Assembly (NCBI RefSeq): GCF_009914755.1
Contig: NC_060935.1
Length of the DNA stretch: 64,000 bases
Source of the DNA: the human T2T-CHM13v2.0 reference genome, Homo sapiens
Strand: one strand, 5' to 3'
Part shown: positions 41,233-54,883 of the stretch, piece after piece
Layout: each line of letters opens with the position of its first letter
Position numbering within the stretch: the first letter of the stretch is position 1
Position numbers and translations under genes: made by a program
The notes under the pieces: generated by a model
The model's database searches: none
What the model was told of the DNA's origin: nothing
What the model saw: only the letters and a program-made list of their open reading frames with translations

Positions 41233-43989
41233 GCAAATCAGTCATAATTGACCACACAATCTCTGCTGTGGTCTAAAAATAAATCGCCTGCAAGAACTCT
41301 GCAGCTGTCCGGCTAACAACTTGGCCAACTTTCAGCAGAGCTGTGTAGCACCCTGACCCTGGCCCAGCCATGAGGCTGTCTTCACACACTCCTTGGGCAT
41401 GCAGCTTGTCTTCAGTGCCAGCTCAGCTCCTCCTGTGCCATCATCCTGCTAGCGGGACCCTGGCAACACCAAGTTGCTCAGCACCTTCAGAGCAATGGTC
41501 CAAGGGCCAGGTGTCACCACAACCATGTATGTGTGATGGTTCTGTAAAAATGAAGTGTATTCATTTATTAATATTTATTCATATTTGAGAGCACATCTGT
41601 GAAGGGCTCAGGGCACAGCAACGTGTGTCTGTGTGCCTGTTGATAGCGTCTGATCCAAGCAGGGGCTAGATGCAGACCTATCAGAGATCTGAAAGAAGTG
41701 GGAAATAAAGCTGGATGACTTTGAAGGACTTTTTAAGATTCTATCATTTGAAGGAAGGAAGTGGAGAGGGCTATAAATTCTGGCAGAACCCTGAGGAAAT
41801 CAGTAATCTTGAACCACTAATGCTAATTTATGATTTTGGACAGGTTACTTGAACTTTATTAAGCTGAGCTAAATCCACTGAAATGAATGAGAAAACAAAT
41901 AAACAAATCAAAATCCTGCTTCCTGATGGACAGGAAAGACTGCACCAGACCCTAGCTTTCCCAGGGAAAGGAACTCTAGAATCTAATAGTTGGAGTGGCA
42001 ATAAAAAATGTGAATACAACTCCAGTTCTGTACCCGACCCTGCCCGGACTGCCCCATGGTGCAATTCCCTCAAAGGGCAAGACTTCTCAGAAGCATCCAG
42101 TGAAATCGCAGTAACAGTGGGTGGTACACTAAGGTCCACAGATTTTTCTAGCTGCTCGAGCAAATGTGGAATCTCATGGAATCGGCCCCACACACTCACC
42201 GAAATGGCTCCAAAATTTGATATCAAAGCATCAAATTAAACATTCAAGATCACTTACTGCAGACTTTCATTTACTTCATGAGGAAGAAAGAGAGGAAAGG
42301 AGGCTGACCCAGTGGGCCATCTGGCCTCTTTCAAGAGGCCTCTGTTCTTTTGAACCACACTGAATAAATGAGAGCTGGCAGGAGGCAATCCCAAGGTTTA
42401 AGGCAGAATTATGATAGTTTTGTCAATACACATATTCCAGGATCCGTTTTGATCAGTCAAGTGGTATTCGTTTCCAAGGACAACTGACAATAGATGAGCA
42501 GATTCATGAGTGCTCTGAAGTCAGGAGCTCTTACATTCATAAATGTGATACCAACACACAAAGGCCATGCAATATCACTGGGCCTGACAAGCCTCAGGCC
42601 CAAAATGGGAATCACAGCCTGGATGACAAAGAGGTGTTAGAAACTGATTTTTGGAAGCACGGCCTCTCTGCTCATGGTTCAGGCAAAGGTCAGAGGGTGT
42701 GAGTACCACTGTGTGTGCGTTCCTCAGATAGGAAAATGGTGCAGAGCTTGCCAGCCACAGGCTCCCTACTCTGGGGGACATGGTTCGCAGTCTTCTGCAT
42801 GGCCTGGCCCAGCCTCTGGGACCTTCTGCGATCTGGAAGGTCACTTTTCAAATATGAATATATATATATATGAATATATGTATATATATTAGACTCTTGC
42901 CAGGTGCAAAGTACAGAGTAGAATCACATTTTCTATCTACCAGAAGCCTCTGGGCTCGTTGGGGAAATAAGACATACTTCTCATCCAGCTAGAGAAAGGA
43001 CAGAAGGAAGCAGCATTTTGGAATGGAGACAACCACTATGTGGGACAGTTTCACAACCAGGACAGTGTGTGTCCTGAGCATGAATCTGAGTACGCAAACG
43101 AGCAGCCAGACATGGAGAGGCCAGGGTGCCAGAGAAGGACCAAGTGAGAAGGGCATTCAGCCGAGGTAGGTGCTTCCATAGACGCTTTAATTCATAGTTT
43201 GGGGGAGTTTAATAAACATAATTGAGTTGATTGCTCAAATTCCAAAATGAGAAGACTATTTTAAGCATGCAGGGCTTACAGAAACACACATACAGTATGC
43301 AGATGTTTCAAAGAAAAATTCTTCTATTTTGGATTTATGATTGTTTTCACTCGCTGCCTCTAAAGGGGAAAGACTCTGAACTCTGATTTAATTTCTTTTA
43401 AGTAGGCAAAAGCTCTTTTCTCCATGACTGGCTATTCCCCCTCCCCCATTTTCCTCTAGGCACCCATTTCATTTACTGTCCTGCTGGCTGTCAGGCTAGA
43501 GACCCCTCTGGCCCTCACCAAAACAGAAGAAAACTGGAGGCAATGTCTAATTTTTGTCTATGTGGCACTGGCTTGGTAAAGTACTTTGGAAATACATAGG
43601 CACCTGAAAGATACAAATGTGAGGTTAAGAGAAATCAGGAAATTAAAAAATAATATAAATAAAATAATGAACTAGTTAATAAAGGAGAAGATGGTAGAAT
43701 AACCCATTCACTTCCCTGGAATGCCCCTAGTCTAGGATAATAGACATCTCAGGGGTTGGTTGGCATTTCAGGGGATAGGCAGGTGCAGTGAATTGAGCCC
43801 TGTGGGGTGGGACAAAGTGTTTTCTCCAGCAGGTGCCCAGGAACAGCACCTGGGACTTCTCGGGAGGAGACTCCTCACCACTCTACAGGGGAAGGGTCTG
43901 GTTAACATAGGGAGCGGGGCCCCCTGAGGCCAGGGAGAGCGGCACTCTCTTTCTTCTCCATCCTTCACTCAGCAGACTTCCATTAGGTG

Positions 43990-44420
43990 GCTGCTAAATA
44001 CAGGATACTGAGAGGTCAAAGGAGAGCACGACCCATTCTGAAGAAGCTCAGAGTCCACAGAGATGTAGACCCACAAAGAGGGACCGTGACCACTGATATC
44101 CTATACACTGAGAGCAGAGTGTGTGGAACACAAAAGTCCAAGTCAGGAAACAAGATGTTGGAACTACACCTCGAAGGTAAGGTTGCTAGGAAGAGCAGAG
44201 GAAAGAGCATTTCAAATAGAAGAACAGCCTCCCAAAAAGTAGGTGAGAATGAGATGCAATCAGTAACCCTGTGAGGCTTGGTGGCAGGAGGAGAGCGGCC
44301 AGTGGGTAACCATGGAGGGGACAGCTAGTAGGAGCAGAAGGTAAAGCTGGAAGGTGAAGCTGGGCGCAGGTGATGGAAGCCCTGGAATAACAGAACATTT
44401 GTTTTAGGCCACTAGGATCC
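43990..44420 (-). mobile_element. L2 fragment
   Basis: 'gaggaaagagcatttcaaatagaagaacagc' and 'gctggaaggtgaagctgggcgcaggtgatggaagccctgg'. Confidence 0.55.
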
Positions 44421-45309
44421 CGCAGAAGGCAACCATGGGCCTTAAATATGGTCCCTGACCCTGCTTAAGAAAGACAGCAAGAATCAAAAAAGGCCAGAAG
44501 ACTAGGGTGTGAGTGATGAGCACTGCTCCACGGCTGTGAAAGAACCGTAGGAAGCATGGCCTTTCACACAGTCCCCTAACCTTTACAGCACCACCCTTGG
44601 TGAGAAGTTGGATGAACTAGGGAGCTGGGGCCAGGGTATTGTCCTTCCTGCCGTAGCGGACCCTCACGTGTGCGTTCAGACCTGCCCAGACCTGGCCTAT
44701 GCATTACGAATGGGTAAAATGCCCCTCAGTCTCTGGTGGGACAAACACAGCTGGGTTGTGCAGGTGGACACGTGGCAGCAGCAGCTGATTGCAAAAGCCC
44801 AGAAGTGGATGAACTCTCACTTCCTCCCAGAACCTCCCTCCCTTTCATCACCACTCACCCCTGCTCAGTGTCAATATGGTTCAAATCATAGCAAATGTAA
44901 GCTTCATGGAAACAGCCTGCAAGAGGGGCAAGAGGATCTGCACAAGAATCACATCCCCTCTGCTCCCTCCACAGCGTAGGCACCTTTCAACTTGAAGAAG
45001 GGAAATGAGAGGAAGAGTGTCTCCGGAGAAAGATGGAGTTCAGGCTAGAAGGGAGGACACATGGTTGGGAGGAGGGGCTGTGAGTAGGATGAGCGTCCTA
45101 CCTTGCTTTCCCTGCCTGCAGAATAGGTATGACATCGCTCGCCCTCATTAAGGCTGTGAAGGCTGCTTTACGGTACGCATCACACGCAGTCTGGAAAGAC
45201 GTCTGTACTCTCTGCCCATGAGCTAAGATTGTGGAGACAGCGAGTGCTCAGCAAAGCAAAAAAAAAAAAAAAAAGTGGGGATGAGGGAAAGTAGGATTTA
45301 AAACTGTTT

Positions 45310-45895
45310 TATGTTCACATAAAAATCTGCATGCAAGTGTTATGTAGCAACTTTATTCATAAGAGCCAGAAAACGGGAAACACCCCAGGTGTCCTTCAAC
45401 AGGTGAGTGGCTGAATAACAACCAAGCTAAATCTCAAATAAATTATGTGGTTTAAAAAAATCCAATTCTGCAAACTTAGATACTGCAAAATTTCATTTGT
45501 GTAACACTTTTAAAATAACAAAATTATAGAAAGGGAGAACACGTTAGTGGTTGCCAGCGTTTGGGGACCGGAGCAGAAGGAAGATGGGTGTGTTTGTGAA
45601 CACACGGGTCATTGTGGTGTTAAACTCAGGAACCTACACATGAGAAAACTGCAAAGGACTAAATACACACACAGCGGTGCACAAGGAAAACCGGGCGAAC
45701 CTGATTAGGACCAGTGGGTTGTATGCATGTCAATATTCCGGTTGTGATTTTCTACTAGAGTTTGATAAGATGTTACTGCACGGGGGTGGCGGGGGTGGAC
45801 TGGGTAAAAGGGACACAGGATTTCTCTGTATCATTTTTTTCAACTACTTGTGAATCTGCAATTAACTCAGAATAGTGAACTTTAAAAAAAATTTA
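45310..45895 (+). mobile_element. L1MD/MC-like 3' end
   Basis: 'atgttcacataaaaatctgc...gcaactttattcataagagccagaaaacgggaaac', 'ttagtggttgccag' and 'atgtcaatattccggttgtgat...gatttctctgtatcattttttcaactacttgtgaatct'. Confidence 0.85.
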
Positions 45896-48579
45896 CAAAG
45901 TGGGGGGAATATGAACCTTTCTCCATCTATTATACTTTTGTTCTACAGGGCAAATATTCTCAAAACCAAACTCCAGGGTGATCCTTCCTTCCTTCCTCCT
46001 CAGAAATACCTCTGTCCAGGCTGGATCTCAGCTACTGACACTGTGCTAAGATCCCTCTCAGAGCTGATCAATGCCCCTTGAGCCCTCAGTCTGGAGGAAA
46101 AAAGTATGATTGGCAAATGCTGCCATCAGACAAATTACTAATCCATGTGCTCACATGTATGGTGAGGATTTGCATAAATTGGACATGTTTCACACTCCCT
46201 TTACTGGCCACTCTCTCAAAGCCCCATCTTCAAAAGGCAACAGCCTAGTACTGATCCCTCCACAGAGTAATTGGAAGGCAGCCCCGATGCTGAGTCCCTC
46301 CTCCAAAGCTGGCACAGTGAAGCCTCCTCCAACATCTGCCTGCACGGTGCAGCTTCTCTTCCAATCTGCCTTCAACAAGGCCAAGCAGGGCCCAGAAAAG
46401 AGACACATTTTCTTAATGAAGAAGGTCCCAAATACATGCTCCTTGGGAAGTGTCACTGTTGTTCTTCTGGAAGAATTCTCCCTTTAGGTGATTAACACCT
46501 TCAGATTTTCAAAACAAAACGTGATGCTACCCCTAATGCTAAATAACTGTACTGCCCTCAGCTGACTGCCCATCTTCAGTGCCTCACCAAAGAAAATCCA
46601 TGTAGCAGGAATAAAAGAAGTCTTCCTTTGCAAGATGTTAACCTTCTGAGAGATGGCTAATCTCTTGTAGCTGAAATTCATGCTAAAATGATACCAAAAG
46701 ATTAGCCATTCCATTGATTTCTTATTATTTTGGTGCTAGAAAAACATTGTAACCTTTATAAAATGCAAAGAAGAGATGCAGCAATGCAATTTCTGTGTTT
46801 ATCTAAGCTGAACAGATCTCTTATTCTTTTTTATTAATACCAAACCAAGGCTAACACCTTGCCAGCTGCCTGCCAGTTATGTTCTCCAAGGATAACATAA
46901 CAGGAAAAAAAGGAAGAGACAATTCTTGTGCTAAAGAAAGCAGCCGCCTGGATGCTCCACTTAGAAGAATGCCACTTCATCCTGTCTCTAAAAGGGGTAT
47001 CCTAATGTCCAGGAAAAAATGCCAAGTGCTGGGAACCTCCCAGGGTTGCCAACAGTGGCAATGTCACCTGTTGGAAACTGAGAGAGCCAGAGCGGAGATG
47101 CCAAGAGGTGGTTCACCTGCAAGGAAAACAAAGTGAAATGGGAAAGCATGTTCCTGGTTAGGTGGGGATGAGTTTCGCAAGGCTTCATGTTATGTGAGTG
47201 CCCAGGAACGCGGTGGTGCTGAAGCGAAAGGATGTGCATATATATGATGGCTGCTGAGAACCGTCATAGATGCCTGTTCTCTCAAAGAACAAAGTCATTC
47301 TTCCTGGAACACCACGAAGGCGCCCAACCCCAATTCATCTGGCTAATCTGTAGTTCTAACCTGAAAACCACCAAGATGAGGACTCAAGTGTGTCAAGGAA
47401 ATTGAAAACGTGATAATTTTGTTAGCACCACCTCATGAGGTGAGCTGGTGGAGGTTATATATGGTGCTGTTTTTACTTTAAAATATGAATAAAATCTCAT
47501 TAATAAAGCTTTCTCTGGGTCCACATCTCTGACTATAAATACCTACAGAAAAGGAAACTTTATGAGTCCCAATCTCATGGGATTTCTAGGTAGACCTGAC
47601 ACTCTAAGGAATAAAATCTGTTTTTAGCTTAATCTTTTTGGATTCTGCCAAAAGTAAATAAGAAACGCACACTGACTGCACGATTTCTGCTGGATAAAGC
47701 AGAGACAGAGAAAAACCCTTCATCTCAAGCTAGGTCTTAAATTCTATCTCACTCTGCAAAGTTACATCTCACTGGCTAGGACAACTTTTCACTCCACAGA
47801 AAATAGTTCCTAAACCTGTAGGATTTCCTGAAGAAGAAAACATTCCTGATGGTGGCAGAATTCCAAGCTGAGAAATAAGACTTTGCTAGTATTACTGAAT
47901 GACTGTCTCATGACTGGAAAATATTTTCTTCTAACTACTGTGACATAAGTACCATCCCTTCAAAAAACCTCTTCCCAAACCTCCTCTTCCACTCATTTAT
48001 TAAGGATCTACTATACTGAAAAAATGCTACCTAAATTTTCGAGAGTGTATTGTATGTGAGATCATGGTCATGTTATTTTAAGAGATACAAAGGATTACAA
48101 GGTTGAGTTTTTGCCTTCAAGGTACTCAAAATGTATTTGGAGATTCTAGACAAACATTCAAAATACATGAATACAAGTAAAAGACAGTATGGTTTAGTGC
48201 CAACATGAACTATTCAGCTCATGAACCTGAGGGAAACTCATACTCTAAAGAGAAAAGTAACCCTGAAATAGCTTCCGAATGCTTTTTGCTCATCTGTACT
48301 CTAAATACATGCCATGATTTTCAATTACACCCGAGTCTACTCTGGCTCACACGGGAGATTAACCAATTTTCCTCCAAAGCCCACTTATTTACGCAGCACA
48401 CACCCATTACCATGTTTGATAAAACGCAGTGTAGCTATCTGGCTCAGCAGAGATGATCTGAGCTTGACATTGAAGGGGAGGAAGTAGGGACTCAGAGGCT
48501 GACCCTAATCCTGCAGCAAGAGGGTTCAAAAGGCAGGTGCTTCAGGTTGGAGTGGCAAGTGACTGCTTACTGAGATTCA

Positions 48580-48960
48580 TCCATTTGTCTATTTCCTCAC
48601 TCGCTTAACACTTACGGAATGCCCACTGTAATAAGACACCACTAGGTATTTGGGGAGATAGGGTGGTGAATATTATGCCAAGTGGGAAAAAAGGTAACTG
48701 CTGTAACTGAGGACAAGGCAGTACAACGTGCACGTGCAGAAGAGGAGGAGTTTACTTTTTATGGAGGTGGGATTAGTCTTCTTCAATGAAGTGGCCTTTG
48801 AGCTCTCAACCTTGAAGGATGGGAAGGTTATGAATGAGGTACCGCTGGCATGGGATGGGGAAGGGGTGGCTGAAAGAGAGAAAGGACCTTCCGTGGGGAG
48901 GGAAGAAGGCGAGCAAAATCCTGCTGGCTTGAGGAGCGAGGCTGGTCATGGCAGAAACAT
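48580..48960 (-). mobile_element. L2 fragment
   Basis: 'ctcactcgcttaacacttacggaatgcccactgt...cttcaatgaagtggcctttgagct..cttgaaggatggg'. Confidence 0.55.
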
Positions 48961-51049
48961 CTGTGCCTTAGAAGTGTGCTCCGCTGGCCCTCCGTTATCT
49001 ACTCATAAAAATCACCATTGGCAGATCTATAAAACCCAGGTCCATTAAATTAACTATCTACTTAGAGTAATTAAGACGGGGAAGTCTACTTCCGTTCAGT
49101 AGGACAGTAGATCTCGGTTACCAAATAGGGCAGCTATTCACAGAAGACATATTGACTGCAGTTATTAAATTTCAACAAATATGTTTTAATCATATGTTAT
49201 TTAGCACAGGCAAGAGCATTATACAGGATATATGGAAATCTTTTCCTAGGCAGGTGAATGATAGCCCTGAAGAATAGAGAACCGTTTCCCGCAGGACGTT
49301 TTCTAGTCTCATCCTAAATGTAATTTCTTGCACTTCCCTTGGGAACCTGAGTGGTGATGAGCACATCTTGCCATACAGATTTTTGTTCGATGGCTGGCTT
49401 GATTTTTTCCTTCAATTTTGACTCTACCATATTTCATTGCAGAAAATGTCTGGAAACTTCTACAAAGCCAACCCAGCTTTCAAACCTCATACTCATAAAA
49501 GTGTAGGGCACAGAGAAGCCAAATATAAGAAATGCAACATATTCATAAACTCCACACTTTATGAAGAGCTAGTGTCAATCTATCAATCACTGTATTAGCC
49601 CTAAAATACCTTAAGAAAGGCAAGAACTGACACCCATAATCAGAGTTCATTCTCCAATTACATTAGGATAATCATTGTCGGAGCCCATTTATGTTTGTAT
49701 AAGATTATTTGATTTCCCACACTAAAAGGTCTTTTATTACCAACCATCAACACCATAATAGCAGTCCTAAATGTGAAGAACAGCCACTTAAATTAATACA
49801 GCTTTCTAACTTTATTTCACTGTGTCAGCAGGGCCTCACTGAGAGCCGCTGCAGGCTGCAGCCCATTGCAGGGAAGGTAGACAGCCGTCTACAATGCAAC
49901 TCATAGGAAGGACAAAATGGTCCAGTGATGGAGATGGGGTTCGGAGGGTGAAGAACTTAGAGAACACTTGAGCATAGGGAATAATCTGGAAGGTTAAATC
50001 TACTAAGAACATTCAGTGAGAAAGGGAGAGGCAGAGAATAGATGGGGTTAGGGAATGAGAAGCAAGAAAAATGGCATATTTTGGTTCTAAGGCTCCCATA
50101 GATATTTTATTTGAGAACAAAAAAAACAACCGCTCATCGTTGATCTGGTGCCTTTCTTTGGTGGGTCTGCAATCAATTTATGCCTATCCTTCCTTGCACT
50201 CCCATTTTCCCACCATGACTTGAAAAGAACATTCTTGACTCCCATTCTACAGATGTAGAAACTTAAATACAGGTATCTGAATTCTGTGAAAAGCATGAGG
50301 TATGATGATGGTATAATGATTTTTCTTTACATTAAATTCTCAGAAGATACATGTGAGTACAATTTTCCAAGTAGTCACTGTACTTATTCCATATGTACTT
50401 ATTCCAACAATGGTATGACCATGTTTCTGGACATTTATAGCAAATTTAGGTTTAAAACCAGAAATATATAGCCTCCATCCTTTGTAGTTATTTCAGATCC
50501 AAACGATATTATCCAGCTTGATCATTTAGTTTGTTCATGAGACTTGGCTTTCAATGGCATTTAATTGCTTCTCAAAAGTAGTCCCACTCTGAGGGAAGGC
50601 GAATCTCTTACCTAGGGCAATATGCAAAAGAATCTGCTGTGGGCTATGCCTGTAAGCTCCAAAAGAGAAGTTTTTACACATCAGGGATACAATAGAAAGA
50701 AAGAACCTGGCTACCCAGGCTGCAGATTTTTAAGGACACATAACTCATTTACTTTTTGTCAGTCTGAGATGCTTATTGATTTATAAATATCACTTCTGTG
50801 ACCTCCTTACTGGGAAAAGCGATTCAAATTCAGGCCCATAGCTGCCTCTGCTGGCCTCTGAAGTGGATGCTTACACCAGATGGGCAAATTAGAATACAGG
50901 AGAGATGAGAGAGTAGAAAAAAGGCGGGGGCGGGGGGAAGAGAAAGTAGGGAAAATGGAGAGGGGTAAGGGAGAAGGGCCTTGCTTTCCACTCACCTCCT
51001 CGCTATTCTCAGCTCACTCCTGGGTTCCTTCCATTTTTGTGGCCTCTGC

Positions 51050-51630
51050 ACTCAGCCATTCAACAGATACTTAGGACATGTATATTATGCACAGGTGTTC
51101 CATAGGTTTGGGTTACATCCACGAATGGAACATGCAAAGATCCTTGTATTTATATACTCTATTTTAGAAGGTGCAGGCAAGCACTAATCAATAGCATAAT
51201 AAGAAAGCCAAGTACACAGCCTGCTGACTGGTGCTCAGTGTGGGCAAAGTTTTCCAGCAGAGGAGGGTGAGGGAACTGAGGCTGGAGGGAGTTAGAATTC
51301 TAAGGATGGTTCTCAGGGTAGGCCTCATTGAGAAGCCTGGAACAGGGTGAGTCTGGTTGGCGTAGGAGGGAGGTCAAAGAGGCATTCGTCGTGGTGGTGG
51401 TGGTGGTGTGTGTAGAGGACAAGGTCTTCAGATGATCCACAGCCTGTTTAGATCTGAGCATTTACTGAGAATCACTGCAGCATTATAAGCTGAAAAGTGA
51501 CATGATCTGATTTACATTTTACAGGATGCTCTACTGAGAATAGACTGCAGGGAAGAAAAGTAGAAGCAGGGAGACCATCAGGAAGGGACTGCAGTAATCC
51601 ATACAAGGGAGTCATGGAGGTGTGGCATGG
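51050..51630 (-). mobile_element. L2 fragment
   Basis: 'cattcaacagatacttagg..tatattatgcacagg' and 'agtgacatgatctgatttacatttt..aggat..gagaatagactgcagggaag..gaagcagggagaccatcaggaagg'. Confidence 0.8.
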
Positions 51631-52139
51631 TGCTCAGATGTGATCTGCACCTACAGCCACATTTACCACAGGCTTCCACATTCTCACTTATAATACACAT
51701 CCCACGTCTTTCCACTTTCAGTGTAGTCTCTTCAAAGTTGCCTCTGCTTGGGTATCAGCTCCAGCTCTGGCAGGAATTGCGTGAAGAACTACTGGTTGGG
51801 ATGATCCACTCTGCAGTGCATTGGTTTCAGGCCTGATGGTTTCCACCAAAAGTTGTAGCTGTCAAATGCTGGACCTGCTTGCTCTCTACCCCAAATGTGG
51901 ATACCTATTCAGTTGCTTCTTTTCGCATGGTCTGTTGGTTTTTCTGGCCTAGCTCCTCAGATCCAACCCCTGCGCAACTTCTACCTTTCTGCTTCACCAA
52001 GACAGGAGTATAAGGCATATGCCAAAAGCACTAAACAGTTAAAAGAGGCTGGGACTTGAAGTCCCCTCAACAAGAGGGCACCCAGCAGCTGTGCAATGCA
52101 GTCTAGAGCTACCGTGCTTAGGAATGTTGAAAGAGTATC

Positions 52140-52410
52140 TCTTTCCCAGTGTTAGGTATCATACGCATATATTGTGTACAACTTCTAAAGAGCTATCATA
52201 TCCTTTATTTCATGGATCTTTGTAATATTCCCATGAAGTACAGTGTACAGATGGAACTGTCACATGTTTTTATATTTTTCCCAACTTATAAACTGAAGAT
52301 CAGAAGGATGAAATAAACTGTCTCAGACCACACAGCTAACACATGGTGGAGTCAGAACACAGTTCCAAGTCGTTTCATTCCTGGTGTGTGATGCTGTCCA
52401 AACACTCAGG
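52140..52410 (-). mobile_element. MIR fragment
   Basis: 'aaactgaagatcagaaggatgaaataaactgtctcagaccacacagctaacacatggtggagtcagaac'. Confidence 0.65.
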
Positions 52411-53239
52411 CAGCTCTGGGTGACAACAAAAAACAGGTTTTGAAGCCTTCTGTCCAAGCCAAAGCTCTAAACTAGGTTACCTAGCTTCAGACCTCTAAAT
52501 CTTACTATTTTGTTCTCAAGAGGAAATGACATCAATTAACAAATAGTTTTATTTCTGGTCAGGATTAAGTGAATGGCAAAGAATGAATCCATTTGCCAAA
52601 AGCTGTCATTGCAATTATCATTAGGACTTCATTGAGTTCCTGAGTGCTGACAAACACTAGAAGAATCATATGGGCCTCATGCTACCTCCAGGAGGGGGAC
52701 TGTATCTTTGGGAAAGCTTCACTTCACATCTGTCTTTATCACTGGCTCTTTCTGTGGTCACTGTTCAATATAAATTCATTTTCTTATTTACTAAATACTT
52801 CTCTGAGGAAGAGTGGGGAAAACGATTAAAGTCTGCCTTCTCTTTCTCAACTCCATCGCGATCCACATTGTTACAGGTTAATTCAAAAAGGAAAAATAAA
52901 AGGGAAAATAATCTTCACTTCCTCTTCCATAGAAAATAGAAGATTGAATTAAAAAAAAGTTTGAGATGTCTTCTAAGTGAACCATGAGAAGAAAAAGTCA
53001 CAGATGCAGGAGAAAAAACCCACAAAATTATTGTTTTAAAATGTGTTTGTATGAAAACATTTGTTAAATGCAAAGAGTTTGGGGAAGAAATATAATAGTT
53101 GAGAAAAGGGAATCTTCCCTTTTGTTATTCTATTTTTAACTATAGGTAGTTTATGTTCCCCAAAATTTTCAAATGAAGATCTATAAATTATCCTTGCTAG
53201 TGAGGTTCTGTCGCATGTAGATCTCACGTAGCTAGTATA

Positions 53240-53640
53240 CGTACCCTGAATGCAGTCTCTCTGCACCCCACACTTCTCATCCAGGCCTGAGTTCTGCACT
53301 TTGACACTCACAGAAGGCTGGTTTAGTGATGGATTTGCATTTACTACTAGCCAGGTGATATCACCACTTATATTTTCAAAGATATCCCAGTACAAACTCT
53401 GTATATTCAGAACAGAGCCCTTGGCCCTTGTCCCCTGCCACTCCCCACTCCTCAAATAAATGGGCAAAAAATATCTTCCCCATTCTCTCTCTGGTTAAAT
53501 GGTTCTCACCATCCATCCACTTGCCCAAATCAAGACCTCATTCTTACTGCCTTCTTTCCCCTCACCCCTGACTTCCCATCCATCACTATGTCCTGGTTCT
53601 TCTTCCCTCAATATATATTTGCTAAATAAATAAATGAAAT
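53240..53640 (+). mobile_element. L2 fragment
   Basis: 'ctggttaaatggttctcaccatccatccacttgcccaaatcaagacct...cccatccatcactatgtcctg'. Confidence 0.6.
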
Positions 53641-54883
53641 CAGAACCTGGATAAAGAAATAAAAAATATGATTTTCCATTAAATTACATAAATTTTGAAT
53701 ATTAGTGTGTAATTGACCTTAAAGGCTATCTGTCCCAGTTTATCCACTTTTATTAGAGAAGCAAGGTGAAGACTAAGGAAGAAAGCTCTAGATTACATAC
53801 TTACTGGCAACTATGGAACCTAACATTCTTTACAAAATACATCTCATATTTTAACAAGGATCTGAAAAGTGGACTCTTAATTAGGAAGTATTGTATATTG
53901 GATACTAGTTAAATCTTACCTGATAAATAAATGTAGTATCCATTGTTATAAATACTGGAATACTGAGAAGTCAGGTTGTCCATCTCTCATCTTGTTTAGA
54001 AATAAGAGTCCTTCAGGAGATCCTAGCATATCAGATATCTGGTCTACAAAGAGGTTGTGGCCAGGTTTCATAATTCCCTATATGAAACTCCCTCCTAAAT
54101 CATTGTATCTGCTGGCCACTTTATCACATAACACACAACCAGCTTATTAATATAAATTAGAGGACAGTCACCAGGTAGGGCTCCAATCAATTCAAGGTAG
54201 ACTCCCAAAGGAACCAGTTGTCTGAGTAATTGAAACAAAACAAACAAACAAAACACAGTTACTTCACATCTATCCCTGGAGGTTGCTTGCAGCTAGGGCA
54301 ATTGAACACTCTTCTAATTGAACAGGGAAAATAAGGAGTGGTTGCTGCCTTGTACTGAACAGATTCCACACAGATGCTTCATCCTTCCCTGGCGGGACCT
54401 GGTTACGTTTTCACCAGATTCTAAATTTTTATTCCAAAGGACTTTACCACTTCCATATAGTTCCCATTGGTCACAGGCAGGCAGGATCAACAAAGATATA
54501 ATCCTACAGACAGTAGCACACACAAATGTGCCTGATGAATTCCAATCCTGAAATCCAGAGTCCAAACATGCTGTGACCAGCTGGGAATTTGCTGTAAGCT
54601 ATCATCAGTCCCCAACATCTAAAATTTCCCCATGGAGACAAAAGATGGAAAAGCTGTGTACAAGCTTGGTTCCATCTTGCAAGGCAGTATGTGCAAGTAT
54701 AATTGTAGCCTTTTCCAGAGCCATTTTAAGGGACAAAAAAAGAGGAAGGGAGAAGGGAATTGATGCCTATCAAAAATGTTGTGGTAATCTCTTTGAATGA
54801 CCATCACCATGAATTCCTGTTGCTCTCTTTCCCTCCCTCCCTCTCTCTTTCTCTTCCTATCTTTCCTCTTTCTTTCCTGACAT

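Noticed and set aside
41828-42239. Overlapping 132-aa and 118-aa ORFs on opposite strands
   Set aside because: I recognise no protein similarity. A BLASTX or PhyloCSF result would be needed to support either.
50379-50406. 13-bp near-tandem duplication (tgtacttattcca twice)
   Set aside because: A common small slippage duplication with no further signal.
51630-52000. Possible old LTR fragment
   Set aside because: I could not match it to a specific consensus by eye.
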